From positions 472 to 64,471 of the IMG/VR virus record IMGVR_UViG_3300048577_000544: a stretch of 64,000 nt of DNA. The stretch is one strand, 5' to 3'. The notes under the pieces are model-generated. The model did no database searches and had not been told where the DNA came from. It was given only the letters and a program-made list of their open reading frames with translations. The first letter of the stretch is position 1. Every line of letters starts with the position of its first letter. This document shows, one piece after another, positions 43,530 through 53,562 of the stretch. Position numbers and translations under genes: made by a program. This DNA is from a virus.

Positions 43530-46500
43530 TTGACGTTCACCCCTACTTTGCGGAGTTCGCGGACCAAACCGGCGGCGGTGGCGGCCGTGGTCCGCGTCTC
43601 GAATTGCCTGCCGCCGACGGCCAGATTGAGGGTGGCGGTATAGCTCTCGCCCGAGGACGCGCCGGAACGCGTGGGCAGGGCCGCCACGGCGGCCACGTCG
43701 CCGCCGGGCACCAGCCCGCCCGTGTTGAAACGCGGCAGCGCGCTGAAAAAGCCGTCCAGATCGAGATTGTTCAGCGCGTCGAGCGCCCGCTCGGAAAGTA
43801 CCTTGGCCATGGCCTCGGCCCGGACCACGCCCTCGCCGGGCGTCAGCACGGCCGGCACCGAATCCTGACCGGCGATCGCGCCGGGCAGCATGGGCACCGT
43901 GCCGCCGTCGGCGAAGCCCAGTATTCTGCCCAACACCCCGGCCGGAGTGACCGGCCCGCCCTTGGCAAATTTACGAAGGCGTTCCAACGCCTTTACCGGT
44001 CCGCCGTCGCGCAGCCACTGGGAGAAACCGGAGATCGAGTAGCCCTTTTCGTCGTCGGCATCGGCGCGGGCGCGGGCCTCCTCGATGTCCAGGTCTTCCA
44101 TGGCCCGGTCGTAATCGAGCTTGAGGTCGGCCAGGGTATCGGCCAGCGTCTTCTCCAGGTCGGCCTTGTCGGCGTCCGCCTGGGACTTGGTCGATTCGGT
44201 GTCGGTCGCGGCCGTGGTGTTGGCCGCATCCACGCCGGAGGAGTAGTCGCTTTGGGCGGTCTGCCAGGTTTCGGTCACGTCAGACGGAATTGAAAACTGT
44301 CCCAGGCCGGCCAATGCCTGTTTGGCCGTGGTGACGGCTTGCCGCAGGGTGGCCAATTGGGAATTGTGCTCGGCCAGGGCTTTCTTGTCCGAGACCCAAT
44401 AGGTCGTTGTCACCTTCCCCTTGTTTCCGGGGATCAGGCCGGTATTCCCTAATTGCGTTTTTGTGTAGCCGTACTGGGTTTTGTCCTTGTTCGCTTCCTT
44501 GGCGTAGGCTTGCGCGGCCTCGACCACGGCCTGTTGCAGGCTGGCTTTCTTCTCGGCGTATTCGCTCTTGGCCGACTGCACGGCCTCGGCATACGTCTTT
44601 TGGGCTTCCACCCAGGACTTCTGCAAATCGGCCAGCGTCTCGGCCAGGGTGGCGGCAATCTCGTCCAGGTCCGACTGCTCCTGTTTGAGCAGCTCGGCCA
44701 GATCGTCGTCGTGGCTTTCCTGGGCGTCGGCCACGGCGATGTCGTAGTCTTCCTTGGTGCGTTTGCGCTCCAGGGCGATGTCGGCCAGGGTTTCGTCGAG
44801 ACTGCCGCCGGAAGAGAACGTAATGGCGGCGGATTGCCGCAACCCGTCCAGCCGGGAGACGGCGGCCACGCCGCGCGCGCTGGCCCCTTTGGGCGCGGCC
44901 AGGGACGTGGTCAAGGATGCGGGAGCGGATGTGGTGGCTTGAGCGGCTGCAATGCCCGGCAATGCTCCCGGACCTGCCGGCTGGACCGTCATGGCCGCTG
45001 CGGACTGCTCTTGCAGCCGCCGGAGCCAGTCGGGCAAGGCAAAGCCGCCCGAGGCCAGGGCTTGGATGCCCGCCGGCAGCGCAAAACCGCCGTTGGCGAA
45101 GACTTGGGGAGCGCTCCCCTTGCCAAGGGATTGCAGGAACTGCGCGCCGTATCGCTGCACGGCCGCCTTTTTGACCACGAACGCGCCTTCGGGCAACAGC
45201 ACCGGCTCGGAATCCTCATCACCGACGCCCGGAACCAGCCCGGAGCGAAACGGCCGAAACACCCCGCCGCCACCGTCGAAATGCTGCACGGCCTCGCGGG
45301 CGACGCGCATGGAATTGATGGCGTGAAGGAGCGGCCCAAGCGCCCCGGCCCGCTCGGGTTCGATGACCACCTCGCCGGGCATGACCATGGCCGGCACGTT
45401 GCGGGAGGTTGTGCCGCCGGCGGCGTAGGCCTCGACCTTCTTTTCGTAGACCGTGTGGGTCGAGCTGGTGTCGTGCCCCTGGAGTTTGTCCAGTTCGGAG
45501 AGGACGGATGCGGAATTGTCCGTGACGCTATGCGCGGACTCGGTTTTTTTGCCGTTGAGCGCGTCCAGGGCCTTGTCGACCTCGGAGGTGTCGACGTTGA
45601 CCGACATGGACAGCGGCGTTTTCTGGATGTCATTAAGGGCGGATTTGGCTTCCTGTATCTGGGACATAAGCGATTGCGCCGTGTCCTTCCAGGCCTCCTT
45701 ACCGGCCTGGGCCGCCTTTTCCCAGACTTCACCCGCCCCGGCTACGCCATTGATGGCAGTCTGCACGGCCTGGGCATTGCCAACCACGTCCTTACCCGAG
45801 CTGACCGATGCCGCGAAAAGGGTTTGCGCTTCCTTGGCGTACTGGATCGCCTTGTCGTAGCCTTCGGCCGTGCCCGAAGCCGCTGCCGTCTCGGCTTTGG
45901 ACAATTTTTCGCGCGCCTCGGCAATCTGGTCATAATAGGCCCTGTACTCGGACATGGTCCCGCGTCTTAATTCGCGGACCTTGTCCTCCGTGGTCTTGTG
46001 GGCGTTTTCCGCCTCTTGGGCGTAGCGCTTTTCCTGGGCCAGGGCGTCGTCCAGGCCGCTTTTCAGATCATCCACCCAAGACTTGAGGGCGGCGACCTTG
46101 GCCTTTTGCAGGTCTTTTTCCACCTGTTCGCGGAGCTGGGCTTTTTGCTGCTCGGTGCCGGCGGCCTCGTTGATCAAGCGTATCTGGGCGGCAGCCGTGG
46201 ACTGGGCCACGGTCAAAACAGCCTTGTACTTGTCACGCTGGGCAGCCAGGCCGGCGGCCGCCGCCGCGCCTTCGGTGGTGGACAGGGCCTTGGCTTCCTT
46301 GGCCTGCTGGTCATAGCGGTCGGCGACCTGGGAAAGGTAGGTGTTGCCGGCCTCGCCGGCCTTTTTGACCTCGGTTTGCAGGGCCTTGTATTCCGTGGCC
46401 GTCAGAGCCACGTTGCCGGCGTGGTCCTTGAGCTTGATCGAGCCGTCGGCAACCTTTTTGTTCCAGTCTTTCAGGCTGTCGACGCTTTGCCCCTGGGTCT

Positions 46501-47695
46501 GGGCGTACTGATTGAGGGCGGCCACGGCCTTCTTATTGTTTTCCGTGGCAATGTTTTGCAGATCGGCGGCTTGCTTGAGCGCCTTATTGCGCGTGGACTG
46601 CGGATTGAAATACTCGTTGGCGGCCCTGGCCAGATTCACATAGCCGTCGATGGCGTCCGGGATGGCCAGCGCCAAGCCGAGCACGCCGAGCTTCGACGAG
46701 GTCAGGGCTTTGGTCAGTGCGCCGATTTTCTCGGCAGCCAGGGCGAGGGCCGCCACGGTCCCCACCGTAGCCAGAAGCGATCCCCAGCGATCCGTGAAAT
46801 CGCCCGCCACGGTCAGCGCCCGCTTGCCCGACTCCCAAACGTATTCCAGAGCCTGCTTGGCAGTGCGGCCCCACTCTTCCAGCTTGCCGTCCCGGCCGAG
46901 GCCTTCCACCACCGCTGTAATTTCCTTGATCTTGTCCTTGACCGACTCAAATAGCCCCGAACCGGAAAATTGCAGGACCTTCCGCGTCACGGCATCCAGC
47001 ATGTTGGAGACCACCCCGGAAAACGTGGTCATCTGGGCGTCCATGCCGCCGGCATACATATCGGTCCAGATGCCGGAGAGCGCCTTGCCGATGGCTTCGG
47101 CATTTTTCGTGACGCTTTTTTCCATCATCGTGCCGTTTTGCATGTAGGACAGCGTGACCTGGTTGCCCGAAACCTCGGCGTTGATGCCGAATTCCTTCAA
47201 GCGCTCGAACTCGCCGCGCGTGGCGTCGGCAAAGGCCTCCACGGCCTGGTCCAGGTCCTTTTGCATGCCGCTGGCGGCATTGCCGATGGGCGTCAGGATT
47301 TCCTTGGGATCGAAACCGTAGCTCGTCAGCTTGGCGAAGGCTTCGGCCACCTTGCCCAGTTCATAGGGTGTCTTGGTGGCGAAATCCGTGACCCAGGCCA
47401 TGCCGGCCTCGGCCGCCGCGCTGGACTTGGTGACGGTTTCGAGCTGTTTGGACAGGGACTCGAACTGGGCCGGCACCGTGACCAGCTTGGAGCCGGCAAA
47501 GGCCCCGACCAGCGCGACGGCAGCGGTATAGAGTCCCGCGACACGGGTATGGGCAGAAGCGGCAGCGGCATCGATTTTGGTAAACGCTCCCGGCCCGTCA
47601 TTACCCAAAGCATTCACGCGGGTCTGGATGGATTCCAGAACCTTGGACGCGTTGTCTTGCGCCTGGATGAGGATGTCGAGCGATGTCCCGGCCAC
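43526..47695 (-). CDS. Tape measure protein
   Basis: 1389 aa, Ala-rich; FATKTPYELGKVAEAFAKL.SYG tape-measure N-terminal domain; several FAxGG motifs. Confidence 0.92.
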   Translation of the reverse strand: MAGTSLDILIQAQDNASKVLESIQTRVNALGNDGPGAFTKIDAAAASAHTRVAGLYTAAVALVGAFAGSKLVTVPAQFESLSKQLETVTKSSAAAEAGMAWVTDFATKTPYELGKVAEAFAKLTSYGFDPKEILTPIGNAASGMQKDLDQAVEAFADATRGEFERLKEFGINAEVSGNQVTLSYMQNGTMMEKSVTKNAEAIGKALSGIWTDMYAGGMDAQMTTFSGVVSNMLDAVTRKVLQFSGSGLFESVKDKIKEITAVVEGLGRDGKLEEWGRTAKQALEYVWESGKRALTVAGDFTDRWGSLLATVGTVAALALAAEKIGALTKALTSSKLGVLGLALAIPDAIDGYVNLARAANEYFNPQSTRNKALKQAADLQNIATENNKKAVAALNQYAQTQGQSVDSLKDWNKKVADGSIKLKDHAGNVALTATEYKALQTEVKKAGEAGNTYLSQVADRYDQQAKEAKALSTTEGAAAAAGLAAQRDKYKAVLTVAQSTAAAQIRLINEAAGTEQQKAQLREQVEKDLQKAKVAALKSWVDDLKSGLDDALAQEKRYAQEAENAHKTTEDKVRELRRGTMSEYRAYYDQIAEAREKLSKAETAAASGTAEGYDKAIQYAKEAQTLFAASVSSGKDVVGNAQAVQTAINGVAGAGEVWEKAAQAGKEAWKDTAQSLMSQIQEAKSALNDIQKTPLSMSVNVDTSEVDKALDALNGKKTESAHSVTDNSASVLSELDKLQGHDTSSTHTVYEKKVEAYAAGGTTSRNVPAMVMPGEVVIEPERAGALGPLLHAINSMRVAREAVQHFDGGGGVFRPFRSGLVPGVGDEDSEPVLLPEGAFVVKKAAVQRYGAQFLQSLGKGSAPQVFANGGFALPAGIQALASGGFALPDWLRRLQEQSAAAMTVQPAGPGALPGIAAAQATTSAPASLTTSLAAPKGASARGVAAVSRLDGLRQSAAITFSSGGSLDETLADIALERKRTKEDYDIAVADAQESHDDDLAELLKQEQSDLDEIAATLAETLADLQKSWVEAQKTYAEAVQSAKSEYAEKKASLQQAVVEAAQAYAKEANKDKTQYGYTKTQLGNTGLIPGNKGKVTTTYWVSDKKALAEHNSQLATLRQAVTTAKQALAGLGQFSIPSDVTETWQTAQSDYSSGVDAANTTAATDTESTKSQADADKADLEKTLADTLADLKLDYDRAMEDLDIEEARARADADDEKGYSISGFSQWLRDGGPVKALERLRKFAKGGPVTPAGVLGRILGFADGGTVPMLPGAIAGQDSVPAVLTPGEGVVRAEAMAKVLSERALDALNNLDLDGFFSALPRFNTGGLVPGGDVAAVAALPTRSGASSGESYTATLNLAVGGRQFETRTTAATAAGLVRELRKVGVNVK

Positions 47696-47697
47696 GC

Positions 47698-48021
47698 CTA
47701 CTCCCGGATCAAATCGTTAAAGTAGTCCTTGAAAGGTTCGGTGTCTCCGCGCATTGCCACCCGAAGGTCCAGCATACGCCCGCCCCGCTCCAATCGGTCC
47801 TTCCTGGCTGCCGCCGCCTCGGCCGCATCGGCGGCCCGCAGGCACCGCCAGAACCAAGACAGCCCGTACCCATAGACCGCAGGGCCGTGACCACGCGCCG
47901 TCAGGCGGTCCACGGCCCTGGCCAGGGCGTCTAGGGGGTCGCCGCCTTTGCCGGCTTTTCGGCCTTGTCCGCCGCTTTCCCGATTTTTTCGCCCATCTGC
48001 CGTATCCGGTCGAAAAAACCC
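47698..48021 (-). CDS. -1 frame extension of the tail assembly chaperone (gpGT-like)
   Basis: -1 frame is open from the slippery G GGT TTT TTC (48012-48021) to the stop at 47698; it is closed by TGA just upstream of the slippery site. Confidence 0.7.
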   Translation of the reverse strand, partial: GFFRPDTADGRKNRESGGQGRKAGKGGDPLDALARAVDRLTARGHGPAVYGYGLSWFWRCLRAADAAEAAAARKDRLERGGRMLDLRVAMRGDTEPFKDYFNDLIRE

Positions 48022-48305
48022 TGGTTGACCTCAACCCAACCGGCCAGCACGTCCATGAGCGTTGCGCCGCCGATTTTCTTAATGTCTTCGCCAAGATCAC
48101 TGATACGCGGCATAAGGGCCGCAATGTCGGGCTGGTCCTGGCGCATGACAATGGTCAGAACCATCTCATCGGGCTGCCCGGTCAAAACGAAGCCGAGCAC
48201 CGTCTTGGAGTTGATCAACTGCTCGACGTTCATCTCGTAGACAACAACGTCCCTGCCAGCCTCGCCGTCGCCGCCGATGCGGATGGTCTTTTCTGCGCGC
48301 ATCAT
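47931..48305 (-). CDS. Tail assembly chaperone (gpG-like)
   Basis: Between tail tube and tape measure; EVNQGFF at the slippery site. Confidence 0.75.
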   Translation of the reverse strand: MMRAEKTIRIGGDGEAGRDVVVYEMNVEQLINSKTVLGFVLTGQPDEMVLTIVMRQDQPDIAALMPRISDLGEDIKKIGGATLMDVLAGWVEVNQGFFDRIRQMGEKIGKAADKAEKPAKAATP

Positions 48306-48308
48306 GGG

Positions 48309-49052
48309 TTAGGCCGCCTTGGCCAGGACGGTGACGGTGTACGGAGACGACGCGCCGGCCGGCGTGTTGAGGGTGCCCTCGAACTGGGCCGAGGCGAAGT
48401 CGCTGGACAGGAAGTCCAGGCCACTTTTCGGCGTCAAGACGGCTTCGAGAACGTCCAGGCGGATGCGGGACGAGTCGGCCAAGTTCTTACCGATCAGCAG
48501 TAGCCGGCCCTTGATGGTCGGCTTGGCCGAACCGTTGATGACGTAGCCCGAGGCAGCGGCCACGGCATAGGTGACGGTCGCTGTGCCGGTCGCCGGGGCG
48601 GAGGTGGTGAACAGGATAAGTCCGTTTTCCGCGTCCAACTCGTAGGCCCCGGCATCCATGGCGGTGCCGCCAATGGCCACGCCCGACACGGTGATGTCCA
48701 GGTCGCCGATCTCGTAATGGACGTTGTCTTCGACGACGGACAGGTCGAAGGTTTTGGTTTTGGTCGGCGCGGCCGCGACTGCCTTGGCGGCAGAGGAGCC
48801 AAGACAGACCAGAGCCAGGTTCGACTTGTTCAAATCGTCCAGGGTCAGAGCGACCTTGGCCGCGCCCTTGATGGCCACGGAATCGAGTACCTGGCCATAC
48901 GTCTTGGTCTGCTTGGACGTCCTTTCCTTGATGGTCGAGGACTCGGTGATGGACAGCGCCGTGGCGTTGCCGATGGCGACAAGCCCGGTGCTTTTGCCGT
49001 CGTCGTCCTGACGATCGAAGTAGACGTCGCCGGAAAATAAAATACCCGCCAT
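48309..49052 (-). CDS. Major tail tube protein
   Basis: FSGDVYF.R...IGNAT.L....L.L...A.L.P......LS.D......EG; position. Confidence 0.8.
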   Translation of the reverse strand: MAGILFSGDVYFDRQDDDGKSTGLVAIGNATALSITESSTIKERTSKQTKTYGQVLDSVAIKGAAKVALTLDDLNKSNLALVCLGSSAAKAVAAAPTKTKTFDLSVVEDNVHYEIGDLDITVSGVAIGGTAMDAGAYELDAENGLILFTTSAPATGTATVTYAVAAASGYVINGSAKPTIKGRLLLIGKNLADSSRIRLDVLEAVLTPKSGLDFLSSDFASAQFEGTLNTPAGASSPYTVTVLAKAA

Positions 49053-49061
49053 GATGGCCTC

Positions 49062-49478
49062 CTATTTGTTGGTTACGATGATGGTGGACACGTTCTCGAA
49101 AAATCCGTCCTCGCCGATTTCGTGGACGTCCTCGCCGGTTTCGACCTTGCCCAGGCCCGGCAACATGAGGGCCGCCTCGATCAGCTCGCGCAGATCCCCG
49201 GCCCGGTCCTCGCCGTCGTCCTGGTTGCCATCGGGGTCGCGCCAGACACCGCACGACAGCATGAACGTGCGCGGCACCTCGCGACTGACGTTGGATTTCC
49301 GGTCGCCCAGGAACTCCAGGTGCGCCCAGGGGCAGGCGTCTTTGCCCGGAGGGTTATGGACGTCGAAGCGCTTGACGACCGTGAGCGCCCGGCCGAATTG
49401 CGTCTGGCAAAAGGCATCAATAGCCGCGTCCGTGGCCAGCCGTTGCCGGAGATGCTCTTTGAGCGCCGAGAGCATCAT
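49062..49478 (-). CDS. Tail terminator/completion protein
   Basis: Size and position upstream of the tube gene. Confidence 0.6.
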   Translation of the reverse strand: MMLSALKEHLRQRLATDAAIDAFCQTQFGRALTVVKRFDVHNPPGKDACPWAHLEFLGDRKSNVSREVPRTFMLSCGVWRDPDGNQDDGEDRAGDLRELIEAALMLPGLGKVETGEDVHEIGEDGFFENVSTIIVTNK

Positions 49479-50134
49479 GCCGCCACCTTCCCTTCCATCA
49501 GCTTGCGCCAGTTGGCCGCGAACTTGATGCAGAAATACTCCGGAACCTTGGGCATGATGCGCGCGAAGTACGGCGCGGCCACCGGCCGGGCGGGTACGTT
49601 GATGAAGGCCTTGTCCCGGCCGAAGGCGTAGTAATTGCGGCCGACCTTGGGCCGCTTGGCCTTGGAGCGCGCCTTGGTGATGGCGGCCACGTAACCCCGC
49701 ATCTTTTCGGTGATCTGCCCGTGCCAGCCGTATTCCGCCTTTTGGGCGATCCAGGAGACGACCGGATCGGCTTCCAGCAGGCTGTCGGCCACCAGACCGA
49801 ACTGGCCGACGCCGGTGTAGCCGTCGGAAAGTTTTTTGGAGCGCGATTTTCCCTTGCCGAAGCCGATGGCCACGGCCATCTGGTCGGCAAAGGCCTTGTA
49901 GCGAACGAACTGACGCAGGAACTTAAGCCCGGCCCGACTGCCGCCCAGGGCCTTGGTCATGGGGGAAAGCGCCGCCCAGGACGGCGACCGAAAATAGAGC
50001 CGCCAGTTTTGCTGCACCATCCAGCCCGTGCTTTTCAGCGCCCTAAGCGCCACCCGGCGCACGAGCTGGTTGGAACTGGCCAGAAGCGCCGACAACACCG
50101 GCGATTCGGCAAGCGTCATGGTCGCGCCGATCAT
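49475..50134 (-). CDS. Neck/tail completion protein
   Basis: Basic protein with PARPVAAPYF motif; position. Confidence 0.55.
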   Translation of the reverse strand: MIGATMTLAESPVLSALLASSNQLVRRVALRALKSTGWMVQQNWRLYFRSPSWAALSPMTKALGGSRAGLKFLRQFVRYKAFADQMAVAIGFGKGKSRSKKLSDGYTGVGQFGLVADSLLEADPVVSWIAQKAEYGWHGQITEKMRGYVAAITKARSKAKRPKVGRNYYAFGRDKAFINVPARPVAAPYFARIMPKVPEYFCIKFAANWRKLMEGKVAA

Positions 50135-50484
50135 GCGCGGCCTCCGGTCAGGGCAACGGCCCCCTTGCGGCGACACTGGAGCAACCAGAACGGCCATTTG
50201 CGCGTGCGTTGCAGCTTGCGGTCCTGGTTGACGCGAAATTCCCAGGCCACGCCGTCGACCACCAGCGTGTCGTCAACGGTCGGCTCGGGCACATCGCGCA
50301 TGGGCACGCGGATGTCGGCATACTCGCCATGGGCGCGGCTGTCGGTTTCCACGGTGGACGTCTCGATCATGACATGGGTAGCGACCGGAGCGCCGCCGGC
50401 GGCCGGTTGATAGCTGGCCGGAGATACGCCGGGCAGATCCGGAAAGGCGTCCAGGAGGTCGTCGAGGAAGTCTTCGGCGCTCAT
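50131..50484 (-). CDS. Head-tail joining/closure protein
   Basis: PTVDDTLVVDGVAWE beta-barrel pattern. Confidence 0.65.
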   Translation of the reverse strand: MSAEDFLDDLLDAFPDLPGVSPASYQPAAGGAPVATHVMIETSTVETDSRAHGEYADIRVPMRDVPEPTVDDTLVVDGVAWEFRVNQDRKLQRTRKWPFWLLQCRRKGAVALTGGRA

Positions 50485-50624
50485 GGCTGCCCCCAGGCGG
50501 ATCGGATGACGTTGACGAGCCGGACGAACTCCCACAGATCGAAGGCGGCCCCGAGGGCGATCACCCAGGTGATGAGCTGCATTCTCCGGCGCAGGCGCGC
50601 CACTTGGCGTTCGAGGTCGTTCAT
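50481..50624 (-). CDS. Small membrane peptide (47 aa)
   Basis: Hand translation MNDLERQVARLRRRMQLITWVIALGAAFDLWEFVRLVNVIRLGQP..; overlapping start/stop codons at both ends. Confidence 0.45.
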   Translation of the reverse strand: MNDLERQVARLRRRMQLITWVIALGAAFDLWEFVRLVNVIRSAWGQP

Positions 50625-50893
50625 TGTCCGATCCACTTGCCGGTTTTGCTCACAAGCAACACGCCGATGCCGATGACCAGCGCCAGCCCGAGAAATTTAA
50701 AGATGGTCGACAGAATCGTTTTGCGGCCGTCGGCCAGGGTCTGGCGAAACTCGTAGACAAATTTGTGATCGTCACGGTGCATATTCGGCTCCAGGTCGCA
50801 GGTGCGGCAGCAGTCCTTGCAGTGCCCCGCCCCGGACTCGGTAAGGGCTTCCTTGACCGCCTGGGCCACAACGGCTTTGATTTCGTCGTTCAC
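50621..50893 (-). CDS. Small C-terminally anchored membrane protein (lysis cassette)
   Basis: Cys-rich N-term, TM helix LGLALVIGIGVLLV. Confidence 0.6.
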   Translation of the reverse strand: MNDEIKAVVAQAVKEALTESGAGHCKDCCRTCDLEPNMHRDDHKFVYEFRQTLADGRKTILSTIFKFLGLALVIGIGVLLVSKTGKWIGQ

Positions 50894-51465
50894 GCTACGC
50901 CCCCTTCCGCCGGGATCGGCGCGAACTCGACCAGATCGCCGGACACGTCCTGGAGTCCGGCCCAGGGGATGATGTCGCCGGGACGCGGCGCGCGGTCGGT
51001 GCCGTGGATAACGCCGGTATGCACCAGGGCGTCCCAGACGAACTCCGAGCAGATATAGCGGCTAGCGTCGCGCGACACGTGGCCAAGGATGTTGGCAATA
51101 AGGCCGCCGTAGTCGTAGCGGATGCCGTCGGCGCAACGATCCACCGCGAACTGGCGGCAGGCGGTTTGCTGGAACGGACGGACGGGCGGCATCCACACCC
51201 GCGCCCGACCGGAGTAACCGGCCAGCCGTCTGGACAGGTGGCGCAGCTCCAGGCCGGTTTCCAACGCCTCGACGAGAAAGACCCGCTGCCGCCGGTCATC
51301 GTGGTCGAAAAGCCGCACCACGAGCGAGGCATGGGAGTATTCGCTAAAGCAGCGGATGGCACGGGACAGCAGACTGTCGCCCTGCCACAGGATCACGTGG
51401 CCGGTACGCAGCCGCGGCCGCAGCGCCTCGTAGGACAGCACGGGTATGGAGGTGGTGCCGGCCAT
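50890..51465 (-). CDS. Permuted papain-like amidase (YiiX/YaeF, C92-like)
   Basis: TG.VIL.QG...YSHASL...YDY...YICSEFV (His before Cys). Confidence 0.8.
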   Translation of the reverse strand: MAGTTSIPVLSYEALRPRLRTGHVILWQGDSLLSRAIRCFSEYSHASLVVRLFDHDDRRQRVFLVEALETGLELRHLSRRLAGYSGRARVWMPPVRPFQQTACRQFAVDRCADGIRYDYGGLIANILGHVSRDASRYICSEFVWDALVHTGVIHGTDRAPRPGDIIPWAGLQDVSGDLVEFAPIPAEGGVA

Positions 51466-51471
51466 GATACG

Positions 51472-51861
51472 TTACTTCCCGGCAACCAGAGCAAGGGCTT
51501 GCGGGATCAGGACCTCGCCGGCCTTGACCAGCGCCGGCCAGGCCAGCGACCACAACCACTTCGTTTGTCCGCCACTCGCGGCGGCAGCCTTGTATTCGGC
51601 GACCTTTTCCTTGATGGCGGTCAGGATCGGACCGACCTTGGCGTTGATGGCCGCGATCTTGTCCGGGTAGGTGGCCAGGGCCACGGTCACCTTGTCTTCG
51701 AGGGTCGAGAGTGTGGATTCCAGAATGGTGACGGCCGCCGTCACCTTGTCGGCCGGCTCGGCCTGGGATTGGTCGGGACTGGCGACACGGCCGGTCGACG
51801 AAAGACAACCCGGCAAGAGCAGCGCCAGGACGCAGAGCAGCAGGCAAGCAAATCGGGACAT
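51472..51861 (-). CDS. Lipoprotein (possible spanin-like component)
   Basis: Lipobox LLPGC; helical; GGAGG RBS. Confidence 0.6.
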   Translation of the reverse strand: MSRFACLLLCVLALLLPGCLSSTGRVASPDQSQAEPADKVTAAVTILESTLSTLEDKVTVALATYPDKIAAINAKVGPILTAIKEKVAEYKAAAASGGQTKWLWSLAWPALVKAGEVLIPQALALVAGK

Positions 51862-52011
51862 ACTACCTCCCAAGAAGCGGTTCGGTTTTAAGGTGGCCCG
51901 AGCCGGTGGCGCCGCCGTCCTGCCACCAGGATGGCGGCACGCCGAAGCGGACGGCGTAGCCACAACCGGCCGGGATGGCGGCCAGCGCCAGCATGAGGAC
52001 AAGGGCGCGGA

Positions 52012-52536
52012 TCATACGGCCCGCCTGGGGCGCGAGGCCGTTGTTTCGGCCGTGGTTTCGGCCGGGACGACCCGGGGCGCGGCATCGGGCAAGAGCAACG
52101 CGGACAGACCGGCCGGAACCGGAAACGGCTTCGGAGCCTCTTCCGCGTTGGCGACCGGATGCACGTCGAGACGCTGCGCCGGGGCCGGGGTAATGATCGG
52201 CCGGCCGATCGACGCTTCCGTGGCGGCGACCGCCGGAGCCTCACCCGCGACCTGGTCCAGCACGGCGTCGACCACGCGGCCGATCCAAAGCGGACCCGAG
52301 GCCCCGAGGCGTCCCCAGACGACGGTGCCCGCCAGGATCGTGGCCAACACTTCTTTCGGCCCAAGAATGAGGCCGTACAGGCGGATGCGGATATCGAAGA
52401 CGCGCGGCAGTTCCTGCCCGAAAATGGTGCCTGGATCGATCGCGCCGATGGCCACCAGATAGAGGGCCAGGCCGGCCAAAATGGTCTTGCTGACGCCGGC
52501 CCGGCGCAGCAGGAGCAAGAGCGTCCGCGCGTTCAT
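52012..52536 (-). CDS. Holin-like membrane protein
   Basis: Two hydrophobic segments; directly downstream of the endolysin. Confidence 0.5.
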   Translation of the reverse strand: MNARTLLLLLRRAGVSKTILAGLALYLVAIGAIDPGTIFGQELPRVFDIRIRLYGLILGPKEVLATILAGTVVWGRLGASGPLWIGRVVDAVLDQVAGEAPAVAATEASIGRPIITPAPAQRLDVHPVANAEEAPKPFPVPAGLSALLLPDAAPRVVPAETTAETTASRPRRAV

Positions 52537-53549
52537 GCCGCCACCGCCGTGGTTCCGCCGGCCAGCCGGTCGCAGTAGACGTCAAGCGCCGTGCAGCGGT
52601 TGAGCCAGCCGTTGATGGGATTGGAGGCGTCGGCCGCGAAAAGGCCCCGGTAGAACGCCCGGCGGCTTTGGGTGACGCGCCGGGCCAGGATCAGATCGCG
52701 CTGGTCGGTGTCGGCGATGGCGGCCACGGCGGCTCGGGTTTTGTCGCCCGGCACGCCGTCGATGCGAAGCGCCGTGCCGGGGTAAAAGTTGCAGGCCATT
52801 TGCAGGGATTTGACGGCCGCCCTGGGACCGGCGTTGACGGCGAAGTCGTAGAGGCTGGCCGCCGTGATGCGCGGCAGACGGTCGCCCTTGAGGCCATCCC
52901 AGAAGACCAGGCGCATGAGCCGCTGGGCGTCGTCCGGCGTCAGCGCCCGGATGTCGTCGATATCCACGTCGCCGTCGTGATCGATGTCGCCCAAGGCCAC
53001 GCCCTGGCCGCGCAAAAATCGCAGGCTAATGCCGTACTTGGTCGCGCCGCCCTTATCGACGGTCCAGCCGCCCTCAATCATGGACGTAAAGGCATGAGCC
53101 GCCCGAAACGCCGCCGACGGGGCCGGGGCGCTGGCTTCGACGTCGGCCAGGGTCAGACCGACGGCGCGCAGCAGGACCGGCAGGCCGTAGACGTAGCCGT
53201 CATCAGTACACACCCAAAACACGCGCGGACCGGGGCGCAAATCGAGGTGGTAGCCAGGCGTATGCCAGTGCGGATACCAACCCACCCCGCCCCAGGGACC
53301 GGCCAACACGTGGCGCAGGATGTCGGCCGGCGTCGAACCCCGGACCACCAGATCGGCCGCGTCGCACGGCGCGCGCTTATGACGCGAGGCGGCGGCATGA
53401 CCGCCCGTGGCGTAGGTGCAGTTGATGCGGATGGGTGCGCCGACAGCTTCGCGGAGGTCGTCCAGGGCGTAGCACAGCCGCGTATCCACGGCCGCTGACA
53501 AGGCCTTGAATTCGGCGGGCTTGAAGTGACGTAAATTGCTCGGGATCAT
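52533..53549 (-). CDS. Endolysin: M15-like peptidase + GH108 muramidase + PG-binding domain
   Basis: SRH...AADL..GVGWY..HLDLR (M15-like); IEGG..D.GG.TKYGIS (GH108); F..GWLNR C-term. Confidence 0.85.
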   Translation of the reverse strand: MIPSNLRHFKPAEFKALSAAVDTRLCYALDDLREAVGAPIRINCTYATGGHAAASRHKRAPCDAADLVVRGSTPADILRHVLAGPWGGVGWYPHWHTPGYHLDLRPGPRVFWVCTDDGYVYGLPVLLRAVGLTLADVEASAPAPSAAFRAAHAFTSMIEGGWTVDKGGATKYGISLRFLRGQGVALGDIDHDGDVDIDDIRALTPDDAQRLMRLVFWDGLKGDRLPRITAASLYDFAVNAGPRAAVKSLQMACNFYPGTALRIDGVPGDKTRAAVAAIADTDQRDLILARRVTQSRRAFYRGLFAADASNPINGWLNRCTALDVYCDRLAGGTTAVAA

Positions 53550-53562
53550 GGTTAAACCCTCC

